64,000 nt of DNA from a virus (lineage: Duplodnaviria > Caudoviricetes), in the IMG/VR virus record IMGVR_UViG_3300043821_000026, positions 64,001 through 128,000 of that record; one strand, given 5' to 3'. Positions 11,444 through 19,568 of this stretch are shown here, piece after piece. The notes below the pieces were generated by a model, which was not told where the DNA came from, did not search any database, and saw nothing but the letters and a program-made list of their open reading frames with translations. Numbering within the stretch: the first letter of the stretch is position 1; each line of letters begins with the position of its first letter. The translations under genes were made by a program, and so were the position numbers.

Positions 11444-11479
11444 ATAATATTATACAACATAGTATATAAAATTTTCCAT

Positions 11480-11520
11480 AAAAAAAGACCCCAACTTGAA
11501 TACATGAAGAAGTTGGGGTA
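11480..11520 (-). terminator. Hairpin plus U-tract terminator of the tRNA operon
   Basis: ACCCCAACTT...AAGTTGGGGT stem followed by TTTTTTT on the - strand. Confidence 0.7.
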
Positions 11521-11548
11521 ATCGCACACAAATTTAAATCAATGAAAA

Positions 11549-11622
11549 TCCCCCCTGCCGGACTCGAACCAGCAACATTTCGGTCTACAGCCGAATGCTC
11601 TACCAAATTGAGCTAAGAAGGG
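11549..11622 (-). tRNA. trnY: tRNA-Tyr(GTA), archaeal type (C1-G72, short variable loop, CCA not encoded)
   Basis: Cloverleaf CCCTTCT-TA-GCTC...GAGC-A-TTCGG-CTGTAGA-CCGAA...GCTGG-TTCGAGT-CCGGC-AGGGGGG-A. Confidence 0.95.
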
Positions 11623-11625
11623 TTA

Positions 11626-11713
11626 CGCCAGTAACAGGATTTGAACCTGCGATATCGCAATGGATAACAAGATTTCAAGTCTTGCGTCTTTGGCCGAACT
11701 AGACTATACTGGC
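11626..11713 (-). tRNA. trnS: tRNA-Ser(TGA), long variable arm
   Basis: GCCAGTA/TACTGGC acceptor, G73, anticodon arm CAAGA-CTTGAAA-TCTTG, T loop TTCAAAT. Confidence 0.93.
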
Positions 11714-11740
11714 CTATATTTGTCAGTCTATAAATGACAA

Positions 11741-11824
11741 CGCTGATAGCAGGATTCGAACCTGCGAGGTTCTATTGAACCATCAGGGTAGCAACCTGAC
11801 GCCTTACCGCTAGACTATACCAGC
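11741..11824 (-). tRNA. trnS: tRNA-Ser(GCT), long variable arm
   Basis: GCTGGTA/TATCAGC acceptor, G73, anticodon arm TCAGG-TTGCTAC-CCTGA, T loop TTCGAAT. Confidence 0.93.
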
Positions 11825-11827
11825 AAA

Positions 11828-11899
11828 TAGCTCCATCAGGAGTCGAACCTGAATCTACAGGGCCAAAGCCTATAATGATTGCCATTACACCATAGAGCT
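11828..11899 (-). tRNA. trnQ: tRNA-Gln(TTG), archaeal type (A1-U72)
   Basis: AGCTCTA/TGGAGCT acceptor, anticodon arm ATAGG-CTTTGGC-CCTGT, T loop TTCGACT. Confidence 0.93.
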
Positions 11900-11918
11900 A
11901 TAATTAAGGGTTTTTAAT

Positions 11919-12091
11919 AGGTGGACCCTCATAACCACCTTCTCTTTTAGGTGTGAATTTTTACGAACACCATCAAGATTTTACTCTTGAAATATGCAGA
12001 TTTATCATTGACCACTAGTAAGTCTAAAATCTGTGGGGTATTCTCACCAGCTTAAACTATCTTTCAATTGGATTTGAACCAATATCTCCCC
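11919..12091 (-). ncRNA. Structured RNA inside the tRNA operon: circularly permuted tRNA-like elbow (12035-12091) followed by four hairpins
   Basis: GGGG-AGAT-[ATTGG TTCAAAT CCAAT]-TGAAAGA-TA-[GTTT AAGCTGGTGA GAAT]-A-CCCC; hairpins at 11997-12033, 11973-11990, 11950-11971 and 11919-11940. Confidence 0.6.
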
Positions 12092-12094
12092 TAA

Positions 12095-12168
12095 AGGCAT
12101 TAGAGGGAATTGAACCCCCAACCTTAGCTTTACAGGAGCCACGCTCTGCCTAGTTGAGCTATAATGCC
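12095..12168 (-). tRNA. trnT: tRNA-Thr(TGT), atypical (C33, G2-C71)
   Basis: GGCATTA/TAATGCC acceptor, U73, anticodon arm TGGCT-CCTGTAA-AGCTA, T arm GGGGG-TTCAATT-CCCTC. Confidence 0.8.
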
Positions 12169-12254
12169 ATCAGGATATATTAAATATCCTGACTCATATT
12201 AAAATTGTAGTCACCCCTATCATGAGGAGGTGTATATTTTATTATAATTTATGT

Positions 12255-12272
12255 AGTATATAAACTTTTCGG
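12255..12272 (-). promoter_or_regulatory. Archaeal BRE-TATA promoter of the tRNA operon (CCGAAAAGTTTATATACT)
   Basis: The same TTTATATACT core recurs at 11461, 15309, 26551 and 38384 (- strand) and 26584 (+ strand), always in intergenic gaps upstream of genes. Confidence 0.75.
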
Positions 12273-12273
12273 T

Positions 12274-15213
12274 TTAATCATTATGATTGACTCTATCTTT
12301 AAGCTCTTGTTTTTTACCTGCATTCCATTTTTGTGTTACAGTAAAATATCCTGTAATTCTACTCATACTATAAACATTTTCAGAGCCACAATAAATACAA
12401 GAGTCATTATCACCATTTGCTTGTTTACCACATTCTTTGCATACTGTGAAAGCAGAAGTATATGCCCAAAATTGTATATTTTGTTTTTTAATTTTCTTAG
12501 TTAAACTCATAAGAGATTGTGGGTCCATATAAGCCTCACCTAAGAAACAATTAAGGATACAACCTGCTGGTTCATATTTATGATAAGTATTAGCGTTTTT
12601 AATATGTTCAATAATACTTCCTTGAGAATCTACAGGTAAGTGATTACTATTTGTATAATAATATCCACCTTCAACTCCTTTACATAATATATCAGGATAT
12701 ATTTTTTTATCAATTTCTGCAAAACGATGAGAACATGATTCAGCAGGAGAACCTAAACAAGCAAATCTTAATCCATATTTAGCTTTTTGTTTTTTAGAAT
12801 ATTCATTCATAAATTCTAAAATTTCTTCTCCATATTTATTACCTTCAGGAGTATCTAAATCATATCCTGTAAGCATTTTAACAGCTTCATATAATCCACA
12901 AGTACCAAATGTAAATGAAAAGTTACTAATATCATATAATGGTTTACCAGTATATTTATCTTCTTGTAATAAAAACCCTAAATATCCTTCTGTATTAGCT
13001 CTATCTTCAAAGTTTTGTTTTCTATCCAACATAGACATTGTCCCAATATTCATAAAATGTTCAAGATATTGTTTAAATTCATCCATATTATTACTGATAT
13101 AAGCCATTCTTGGAAGATTAAAAGTTATGTAAGCAAAGTTTCCTACATTAAGAGTATCTATTTCCCAATTACCAGTCCAATTAGTTCCGTTAGCAGTTCT
13201 ACAATTTTCACTATGTATACCACCTAATCCACAAACATAATTATGATTATTTTCTATTGTTAAATCATATACATTATCATCATTATTTACAACTTCAATA
13301 TCTTTAATAATAGTATTATTTTTTGGAGAATAATTAATACCGAATGTAACTCTATAATTTGGTTTCCAATTATTTGTTTTACCTTTTCTATTATCAATAT
13401 AAAGAGTGTTTTGTCTTCCTATATATGATAAAGCATATAATACATCGGTTACTAAATTTTTATCAGAACAAGACCAAACATAGTTATTAGATTGTTTATG
13501 AGCATCTAACATTAAACCTTTAATAATATTAGCTATTTTATTTTTATCAGACCAACATTGAGGAAATGTTTTCTCCCCGTTTTTAGTATATAGTTGTACT
13601 AATTTATCTCTTATATTTAATTCTCTAATATTAATAGAGTAAGTACCATTATTTTGTTTAGTAATATCATATTTATAACCTAATTTATCGCATAAATTAG
13701 TAATATATTCTTTTTTCCAATTTAATTTTATATGAAATTCTATAGCATTACTATTTCGCAAAGCTCGTTCATTACTTCGTATATAACCATCAGCTAAAAA
13801 AGCACCTATAAATTCATATTCTAAATCATCAACTGGGATAAATGGTTCGTCAATATAGTTATATAATTCCATACCTACTTTTAAATTTTCAGATTTAATA
13901 ATACCATCTTTAGTTGGTAATTTATGATTATCGGTTACTTTAAAAATATATCCATTATTACAAGTAATCTTAAATACCTTTTCAGAAACTGGTTTTTTAA
14001 TAATATTAATAACTTTATTCCATTCCTTTGTACCATCTTTATTATATGTCATTACATTATCATTTAATTGTAACTCTTGAGGATATTTAAAACCTTTATC
14101 TGTCATAACAGGGGTATCAGAAGTTAATGCCCCCATTACAGTTGTTGCTGTACCGTTTTGAGGAAGGTCTTGATTTATAAAATATGGAGTAGGGAATTTA
14201 GCTATTAATTCATGAATATTTAATAATAATTCATCATATTCTTCACCCATAAATTCATCACGAAGATTAAATAAAGTATTTGGGAAAATATGACATTTAC
14301 CCTTAGCGTCACCTTCATATAAGACTTCTATAAAAGCGTCTATAATCATACGAGCTTCTTTTTTATAGTCATTATATACACCAACTTCACGACCACCGGG
14401 ACCATATGCTGTTAAATCTCGCATAAATGGTGGAACATCTAATTCTAACCCAACAGATGAAAATACTACTTGACCTTTTGATATTAAAGACATATTACAA
14501 TTAAAAATAAAATTTTGAATACATTGTTTTACTTCTTCATATGTTAATCCTTCTGCAAATGGCGCTAAGAATATATTAAAGTATGGATACCCTTGACCTC
14601 CACTAAGAACCGTAGAGCCAGCCATAAAAGCTTGTAAGAGATGATTGAGAAGTACATTTAAGCTTTTAGCTGGTGAAGCACAAGAACAGTTTATACCTTG
14701 ACCATCAATTTTTAAACCATTTTTAATGAAAAATCTGATATCATAGCTAATACAGTTTGCAGGACGAATATTATATGCTTCCATATCATGTATATGAATA
14801 TATCCATCTGTATATGCTTTGCTACATTCTTCGGGCATAGTTAATAGTGCATATTCTTTTAATACAGCATCTGATGCGTATTTAACCACTTGTTCAGGAC
14901 CAAAATTAATATTAGCATTATCTTTATTACCACTATCGATTAAATTTTCTAAAGCAGATACGGATAATCCCAATTTTCTACTTTGTTTTTCTGTATCAAA
15001 TAACCCATCTTTAGTTAAATGATAATTAATCATATCTCTTATTTGTGCTGTGGAGATTTGATTAATTCCATCAATATTATTAACTTTTCTAGCTATTCTA
15101 TTCTTAATATTTTCTGCTTTTTCTTCATCTAAATCAGTTTCATATAATATATGTTCTTTTATTATTTTTGGTTGAAATTTAGATATATCACCTGTACTAT
15201 TTACGACATCCAT
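12274..15213 (-). CDS. nrdD: Anaerobic (class III) ribonucleoside-triphosphate reductase with N-terminal ATP cone and an intein
   Basis: 'GYIHIHD', 'SGGQG', 'MG|CRT' thiyl-radical site, 'PAES', 'YYTNS', C-terminal CxxC...CxxC and glycyl-radical 'SRITGY'. Likely start is MDVVNS at 15213. Confidence 0.95.
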   Translation of the reverse strand: MDVVNSTGDISKFQPKIIKEHILYETDLDEEKAENIKNRIARKVNNIDGINQISTAQIRDMINYHLTKDGLFDTEKQSRKLGLSVSALENLIDSGNKDNANINFGPEQVVKYASDAVLKEYALLTMPEECSKAYTDGYIHIHDMEAYNIRPANCISYDIRFFIKNGLKIDGQGINCSCASPAKSLNVLLNHLLQAFMAGSTVLSGGQGYPYFNIFLAPFAEGLTYEEVKQCIQNFIFNCNMSLISKGQVVFSSVGLELDVPPFMRDLTAYGPGGREVGVYNDYKKEARMIIDAFIEVLYEGDAKGKCHIFPNTLFNLRDEFMGEEYDELLLNIHELIAKFPTPYFINQDLPQNGTATTVMGALTSDTPVMTDKGFKYPQELQLNDNVMTYNKDGTKEWNKVINIIKKPVSEKVFKITCNNGYIFKVTDNHKLPTKDGIIKSENLKVGMELYNYIDEPFIPVDDLEYEFIGAFLADGYIRSNERALRNSNAIEFHIKLNWKKEYITNLCDKLGYKYDITKQNNGTYSINIRELNIRDKLVQLYTKNGEKTFPQCWSDKNKIANIIKGLMLDAHKQSNNYVWSCSDKNLVTDVLYALSYIGRQNTLYIDNRKGKTNNWKPNYRVTFGINYSPKNNTIIKDIEVVNNDDNVYDLTIENNHNYVCGLGGIHSENCRTANGTNWTGNWEIDTLNVGNFAYITFNLPRMAYISNNMDEFKQYLEHFMNIGTMSMLDRKQNFEDRANTEGYLGFLLQEDKYTGKPLYDISNFSFTFGTCGLYEAVKMLTGYDLDTPEGNKYGEEILEFMNEYSKKQKAKYGLRFACLGSPAESCSHRFAEIDKKIYPDILCKGVEGGYYYTNSNHLPVDSQGSIIEHIKNANTYHKYEPAGCILNCFLGEAYMDPQSLMSLTKKIKKQNIQFWAYTSAFTVCKECGKQANGDNDSCIYCGSENVYSMSRITGYFTVTQKWNAGKKQELKDRVNHND
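13204..14130 (-). mobile_element. Intein (309 aa) in NrdD with LAGLIDADG-like endonuclease; Ala1 start, Glu-Asn end, Cys+1
   Basis: Block A 'ALTSDTPV', block B 'VTDNHKL', 'FIGAFLADG', block F 'VYDLTIENNHNY', end 'HSEN|C'; removal restores MGCRT. Confidence 0.9.
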
Positions 15214-15590
15214 ATAATCATCTCTTAATTTGTTTAATTTTAAAAAAAATTTTAATAAAATAAGTTTAATTTTATATTTTATTTTCAATTATAATGTATA
15301 TTTTTTAAAGTATATAAAGATTTTTATTTTTTTCTTTGTTTTTGCAAATCTTTATCAACTTGACTTGCAGTTCTCTTTCTGCAACTATCAAAGTATCTAC
15401 AATCCCAGTCACACTTCATTAATGAAATATCTTTATCTCTTTTTTTACAATAACATTTATTCTTTATTAGCTTCTTGATTGTTGTCTTTTTCATCTTGCT
15501 CTTTCTCCAATTCACAATCTTCCATATTAATAATTTTTCTTAATTTATTACAGTAAACTTTTCCTTGTTTCGCTAACTCTATTAAATCCA

Positions 15591-16217
15591 TTATATAGCC
15601 TCATTTAATCTTATTTTTATAAGATAATTATTAATATCTTCATAATAATTATCAGATATATTGTTAACTTTATCATTTGATAATTGAAATTTTATATCAA
15701 GCAACTTTTTATTTAAAGCAAAATATTCATCTATCGAATTTACACTTTTTGGTTTAAATTCTTTATCATATAAAAAACAATAATCTTCCATTATTTTATT
15801 ATATTCATCTATATCGTAATTTTTAGAATCAATGATAGAATCAATTCTATTAATTAATTCATCATTAAAATAAAACATTGGTACTGTATCATTTAAAATA
15901 GAAAGAATATCTAATCGTTTTTGATTATATTTTGTTTTAACATCTGTATCATGTGATAGTAGTTTGTAAAATGATATATCTCCTTTATTATATATATTTC
16001 TTAATACAATGCCTATTTCAAAAAAATTAAATATAACATTACTATTTATTTGACTATTTAAAGTAGGTGATGGTTCATGTGTAACATCTAAAAAATTTTT
16101 TGTATTATCTATATATACACCAGTAATATAATCATCAATCTGATAAATATTAAAAAAATAACGTTTCTGTTCAGAAAAATGATTAACAATAGAATCTAAA
16201 ATAGCAGGAGAAATCAT
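15591..16217 (-). CDS. Hypothetical protein, possibly a degenerate nucleotidyltransferase-fold protein
   Basis: Weak resemblance ('GVYI', 'FFEIG..L....KGD'); no intact GS/DxD motif. Confidence 0.25.
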   Translation of the reverse strand: MISPAILDSIVNHFSEQKRYFFNIYQIDDYITGVYIDNTKNFLDVTHEPSPTLNSQINSNVIFNFFEIGIVLRNIYNKGDISFYKLLSHDTDVKTKYNQKRLDILSILNDTVPMFYFNDELINRIDSIIDSKNYDIDEYNKIMEDYCFLYDKEFKPKSVNSIDEYFALNKKLLDIKFQLSNDKVNNISDNYYEDINNYLIKIRLNEAI

Positions 16218-16711
16218 TAAATCTCTCCTTTATGTTTATCATCTTGATAATCACCATCATATTTTATATCACAATTATTTAAATCAAAGCTCATCATTTG
16301 AGCAAATCTTTCATTCATTTCGATACAAAAATTATTTTGACTATGATTTATCATCATAAAAGTTAATGTACCATTGTATCCAGCATCACCAACGCAAGTA
16401 CGAACATCTACCCCACATCTTAATAATGTACTACGAGGGAAATATAATTGTACTTGGTCTTTTGGAATATTCATTGGTTCTGATACTTCTGCAATATATA
16501 CTATGTCAGGATATAAAGTATATATTCCATTTTTAGTATTAACGGGTTTATATATTGGTAAGTTTTTATGTCCATTATAAATACCTGTAGGACATCCATC
16601 ATTATCTTCAATAATATATAATTGTCCTAATCTTAAATCTACACCATTTGGTTGTAAAGTTTCACTATCTGTTTCGTAATTATCTTTTAAATATAAATTT
16701 CCATTAATCAT
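16217..16711 (-). CDS. Trimeric dUTPase / dCTP deaminase family protein (archaeal type)
   Basis: 'QPNGVDLRL', 'PRSTLLR.G', 'DAGY.G', 'ERFAQM', 'Y.G.YQ' motifs. Confidence 0.88.
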   Translation of the reverse strand: MINGNLYLKDNYETDSETLQPNGVDLRLGQLYIIEDNDGCPTGIYNGHKNLPIYKPVNTKNGIYTLYPDIVYIAEVSEPMNIPKDQVQLYFPRSTLLRCGVDVRTCVGDAGYNGTLTFMMINHSQNNFCIEMNERFAQMMSFDLNNCDIKYDGDYQDDKHKGEI

Positions 16712-17378
16712 ATTGTTCACCATTTTCTATTTTATAAAATTCTGTATATAAAAATCTTGCAAATTTAACTGCTATCTTTCTTTGTGTCATATATTTAATA
16801 TGTTTCATTGTATAATTCGAATGTTTAAATAAATATTTATCAAAATATTCGTTATACATTTGTTTATATTCAGGGTTGTATTTAATTAACTTTTTAACAA
16901 CTTTTAATATAACTTTATTTAATCTATCATTATATTGAATTTTTGAAGTATCCTGTTTAGGATTACCAATTATTTCACCATATTGTTTATTTTTTTTAGT
17001 AATTTTTTGATATGAATTTCCCATTTTATTGACTGGAGATAATCCACAATAATATATGAATGAATTTTTATTCTTAAATCTATTAATATCTTTAATTAAA
17101 ACAATTAACTCACCTGCATCATAAATAGATATTCCGTCTATATGTTCTAAGCAATCATAGTATTCTGGAATAAATGATATTGTTTGTTTAATTTTTTTAT
17201 ATAATAAATCTAATGGAGCGTCTAACGAATTAATACTAATATTAATTAAAGAATTTCTTGCATCATTTGTTAAACCTATAAAATTATTAATTCTAGATTT
17301 ATTTGATTTTTTAGCTTCAAATAATGTTTTATTAGTATTGATTAAGATATTTAATACTTGTAATTGTGCATCATCCAT
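16704..17378 (-). CDS. IS110-transposase C-terminal/Nop-like RNA-binding protein lacking the RuvC domain (TasA-like)
   Basis: Coiled coil, then 'IDGIS...AGELI..I.DINRF......YCGLSP', 'YN..L' and 'RKIAV...'; no DEDD domain; 'MG' where IS110 has the catalytic 'SG'. Confidence 0.7.
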   Translation of the reverse strand: MDDAQLQVLNILINTNKTLFEAKKSNKSRINNFIGLTNDARNSLINISINSLDAPLDLLYKKIKQTISFIPEYYDCLEHIDGISIYDAGELIVLIKDINRFKNKNSFIYYCGLSPVNKMGNSYQKITKKNKQYGEIIGNPKQDTSKIQYNDRLNKVILKVVKKLIKYNPEYKQMYNEYFDKYLFKHSNYTMKHIKYMTQRKIAVKFARFLYTEFYKIENGEQYD

Positions 17379-18019
17379 TATCTCACCTTATTAATTCCAT
17401 TAACAGTTTTTTGTCCTATACCTTTTATATTAAGTAGTTCTTCATCTGTTGCTTGTAATACACCTAATGGTGTTTTAAATTCTTTTAGTAATAATTTAGC
17501 TGTTTTTTTACCAACATAATCAATACCTAAAAGAACTTGAATTTTCGAACTAGCGTCTTTCTTTTGAACAATAGGAGGTTCAATTGGTTCAGTATTTTTA
17601 TTAACAGTATTAATTATACTTTCAATTAACAATGGCATTGATTTTTTTGTTTCACATTGTAATACTGGAACTTTATATCTAACAGATAAAGAAGCTATAT
17701 TACTATAGTATTGTTTTCTAGTAAAATTTTGATATTTATAATTAATATCGTCTAATTTGCCATAAATAATAATATAACAAAAATCATATTTTTCTTTCAT
17801 CCTTAATGCTTGGTCTTGAATGTGTCTACTATTAAAGCTAGACACGAAATCACTTACACTTTTAAGTTCAATCATAATATTAGATAAATCTTGTCTTTTA
17901 ATTAAAACATCACCATCTTCATTATGAGATACGGAGCAAATGCCTGAAAAGTATTCATCAATTATTTTTATTGTACTTGAATCTTCTCTATCATCTATTA
18001 AAATTTTTAAATCATTCAT
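17378..18019 (-). CDS. XPF/Mus81/Hef-family (ERCC4 + HhH2) structure-specific nuclease
   Basis: 'IDDRE', 'GD', 'IELKS..DF..S', 'QA.RM' and two C-terminal 'I.GIG.KT' HhH motifs. Confidence 0.88.
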   Translation of the reverse strand: MNDLKILIDDREDSSTIKIIDEYFSGICSVSHNEDGDVLIKRQDLSNIMIELKSVSDFVSSFNSRHIQDQALRMKEKYDFCYIIIYGKLDDINYKYQNFTRKQYYSNIASLSVRYKVPVLQCETKKSMPLLIESIINTVNKNTEPIEPPIVQKKDASSKIQVLLGIDYVGKKTAKLLLKEFKTPLGVLQATDEELLNIKGIGQKTVNGINKVR

Positions 18020-18618
18020 TTATAATCATCTTCCGTTATACGATACCAATCATACTTATCATTAACGTATAAGGAATGATAAGCTGTGGCTTCTATAGCT
18101 TTTTTTATTCTATTACTTGGTTTATTTCTTTTAGTAGAATATAATGAACCAAGAGCTAATTCTTTACCGACTCCTATAGCTACATAATCTCCATCAGGTT
18201 CAAATAAACCAAGATTATCTTCAATCTCAAATATATCACCATTATATACTATTAAAAAATTACTATTAGTTTTAATTTGAGTACCATTCATATCTACTAG
18301 TCCTGATAGTTCTAATTCAGTTTTTAAACAATATAGGAAAGAATTAATTAAATATGTTCTAAAATCTGTTCCTTGTATATAATCAGGAGCTTTATAAGAA
18401 TATCTAATAAAATTGAAAATTGAAAATATACCTGAAAAACCGATAATTAAATGTCTTGTATCAATCTTATTTCCATTTTCATCTACCATATTAAATGGTT
18501 TAGAACAAATTTTAGGATTTTTTGATATTTCTATATTATTTCCTGAACTGATTGCACTATCACTACCAATATATACATCACCTGTTTTTTTATATTTAAT
18601 TGCTACAATTACTGTCAT
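18016..18618 (-). CDS. HslV/proteasome-beta-like Ntn peptidase
   Basis: N-terminal nucleophile Thr (M-T-V-I-V), 'GSDS', 'PKI', 'GFSG', 'AIGVG..LALG'. Confidence 0.75.
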   Translation of the reverse strand: MTVIVAIKYKKTGDVYIGSDSAISSGNNIEISKNPKICSKPFNMVDENGNKIDTRHLIIGFSGIFSIFNFIRYSYKAPDYIQGTDFRTYLINSFLYCLKTELELSGLVDMNGTQIKTNSNFLIVYNGDIFEIEDNLGLFEPDGDYVAIGVGKELALGSLYSTKRNKPSNRIKKAIEATAYHSLYVNDKYDWYRITEDDYK

Positions 18619-18626
18619 ATTTTACC

Positions 18627-19568
18627 TCATATATATAAATAATTTCCATTACAACTTTCATCACATAATCCTTCTAATTTTAATCTTGCACAACTTGGGA
18701 ATAAAACATCAGTTCTATCATATAAATATTCTATTTGATGTTCTGAATTAACACAATGATTAAATTTATTTTCACTAAGAAATCCTTTCATGATATTATG
18801 AATATCTTCTATTGAGTATCCCATATCCCTCAAGTATGTTATTATATAACCTCTTTCTTGATAGCCAAGATTAGGTTCTAACATCATTTTTGATACACAA
18901 GGTATATAAGCATTACTAAATATGATTTTATTATTTTTATTGATAGGTTGATGTATATTATCAGCTTCAGTATCATATTTTTGTAAATCAAGTTTGTTTA
19001 AATATAATGTAGGGTGAATATTTCGAGGACTTGTTGCTAAACTTTTAATTTCCTGCAAGGTAAGTTTGATTATTTCATCACTAAATAATGGTATACAATA
19101 CCTTCCTGTTTTTAAATTAATTGTATTAGGACAACGACGCACTCTCATTAAGTCACCAATTACAGAATTATCACTTAAAGTATTTGTTTTATGATGAAGT
19201 TCTGTTACGAAGTTTTTAATAGCTTTTTTAGGATTTTTCAATGAAACAGATGTATCAACATCTATTAATATATGAAATCCTCTACCTGAATATAATACAT
19301 TATGTGCTATATTATTATCTCTTAAATATTTAACAACAATTTGGCAATTATTATATGCCACTATATCATCATTATTTATTGGGTCAAAATCTAAAAATAC
19401 ATATTTTACAATTGCATTATACGCTTTTGGGTCTTCGTTAAAATTATAAACTGAAATATATAAATCTTTCCAACCATTATTGTTGTTAATTATAGTATCC
19501 CATTTTGTGTCATCAATTGGTAATGTAATTCTAACGTTTGGTTTTAGAAATATCTGACCAACTATCAC
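18627..19568 (-). CDS. priS: Archaeo-eukaryotic primase: PriS catalytic domain fused to a PriL-like Fe-S C-terminal domain
   Basis: 'FLDFD', 'SGRGFH', 'D..RV.R.PNT.N'; C-terminal 'PC', 'PSC..L...GLC...C'. Confidence 0.85.
   Translation of the reverse strand: MIVGQIFLKPNVRITLPIDDTKWDTIINNNNGWKDLYISVYNFNEDPKAYNAIVKYVFLDFDPINNDDIVAYNNCQIVVKYLRDNNIAHNVLYSGRGFHILIDVDTSVSLKNPKKAIKNFVTELHHKTNTLSDNSVIGDLMRVRRCPNTINLKTGRYCIPLFSDEIIKLTLQEIKSLATSPRNIHPTLYLNKLDLQKYDTEADNIHQPINKNNKIIFSNAYIPCVSKMMLEPNLGYQERGYIITYLRDMGYSIEDIHNIMKGFLSENKFNHCVNSEHQIEYLYDRTDVLFPSCARLKLEGLCDESCNGNYLYI

Noticed and set aside
12035-12091. True permuted tRNA gene or two-piece tmRNA
   Set aside because: No 7-bp acceptor stem, anticodon loop, BHB motif or G3-U70/tag frame.
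16200-18100. TIGR array or IS110 ends next to the Nop-like gene
   Set aside because: Flanks are fully coding with overlapping stop/start codons; no periodic dual-repeat pattern found by eye here or in other intergenic gaps.
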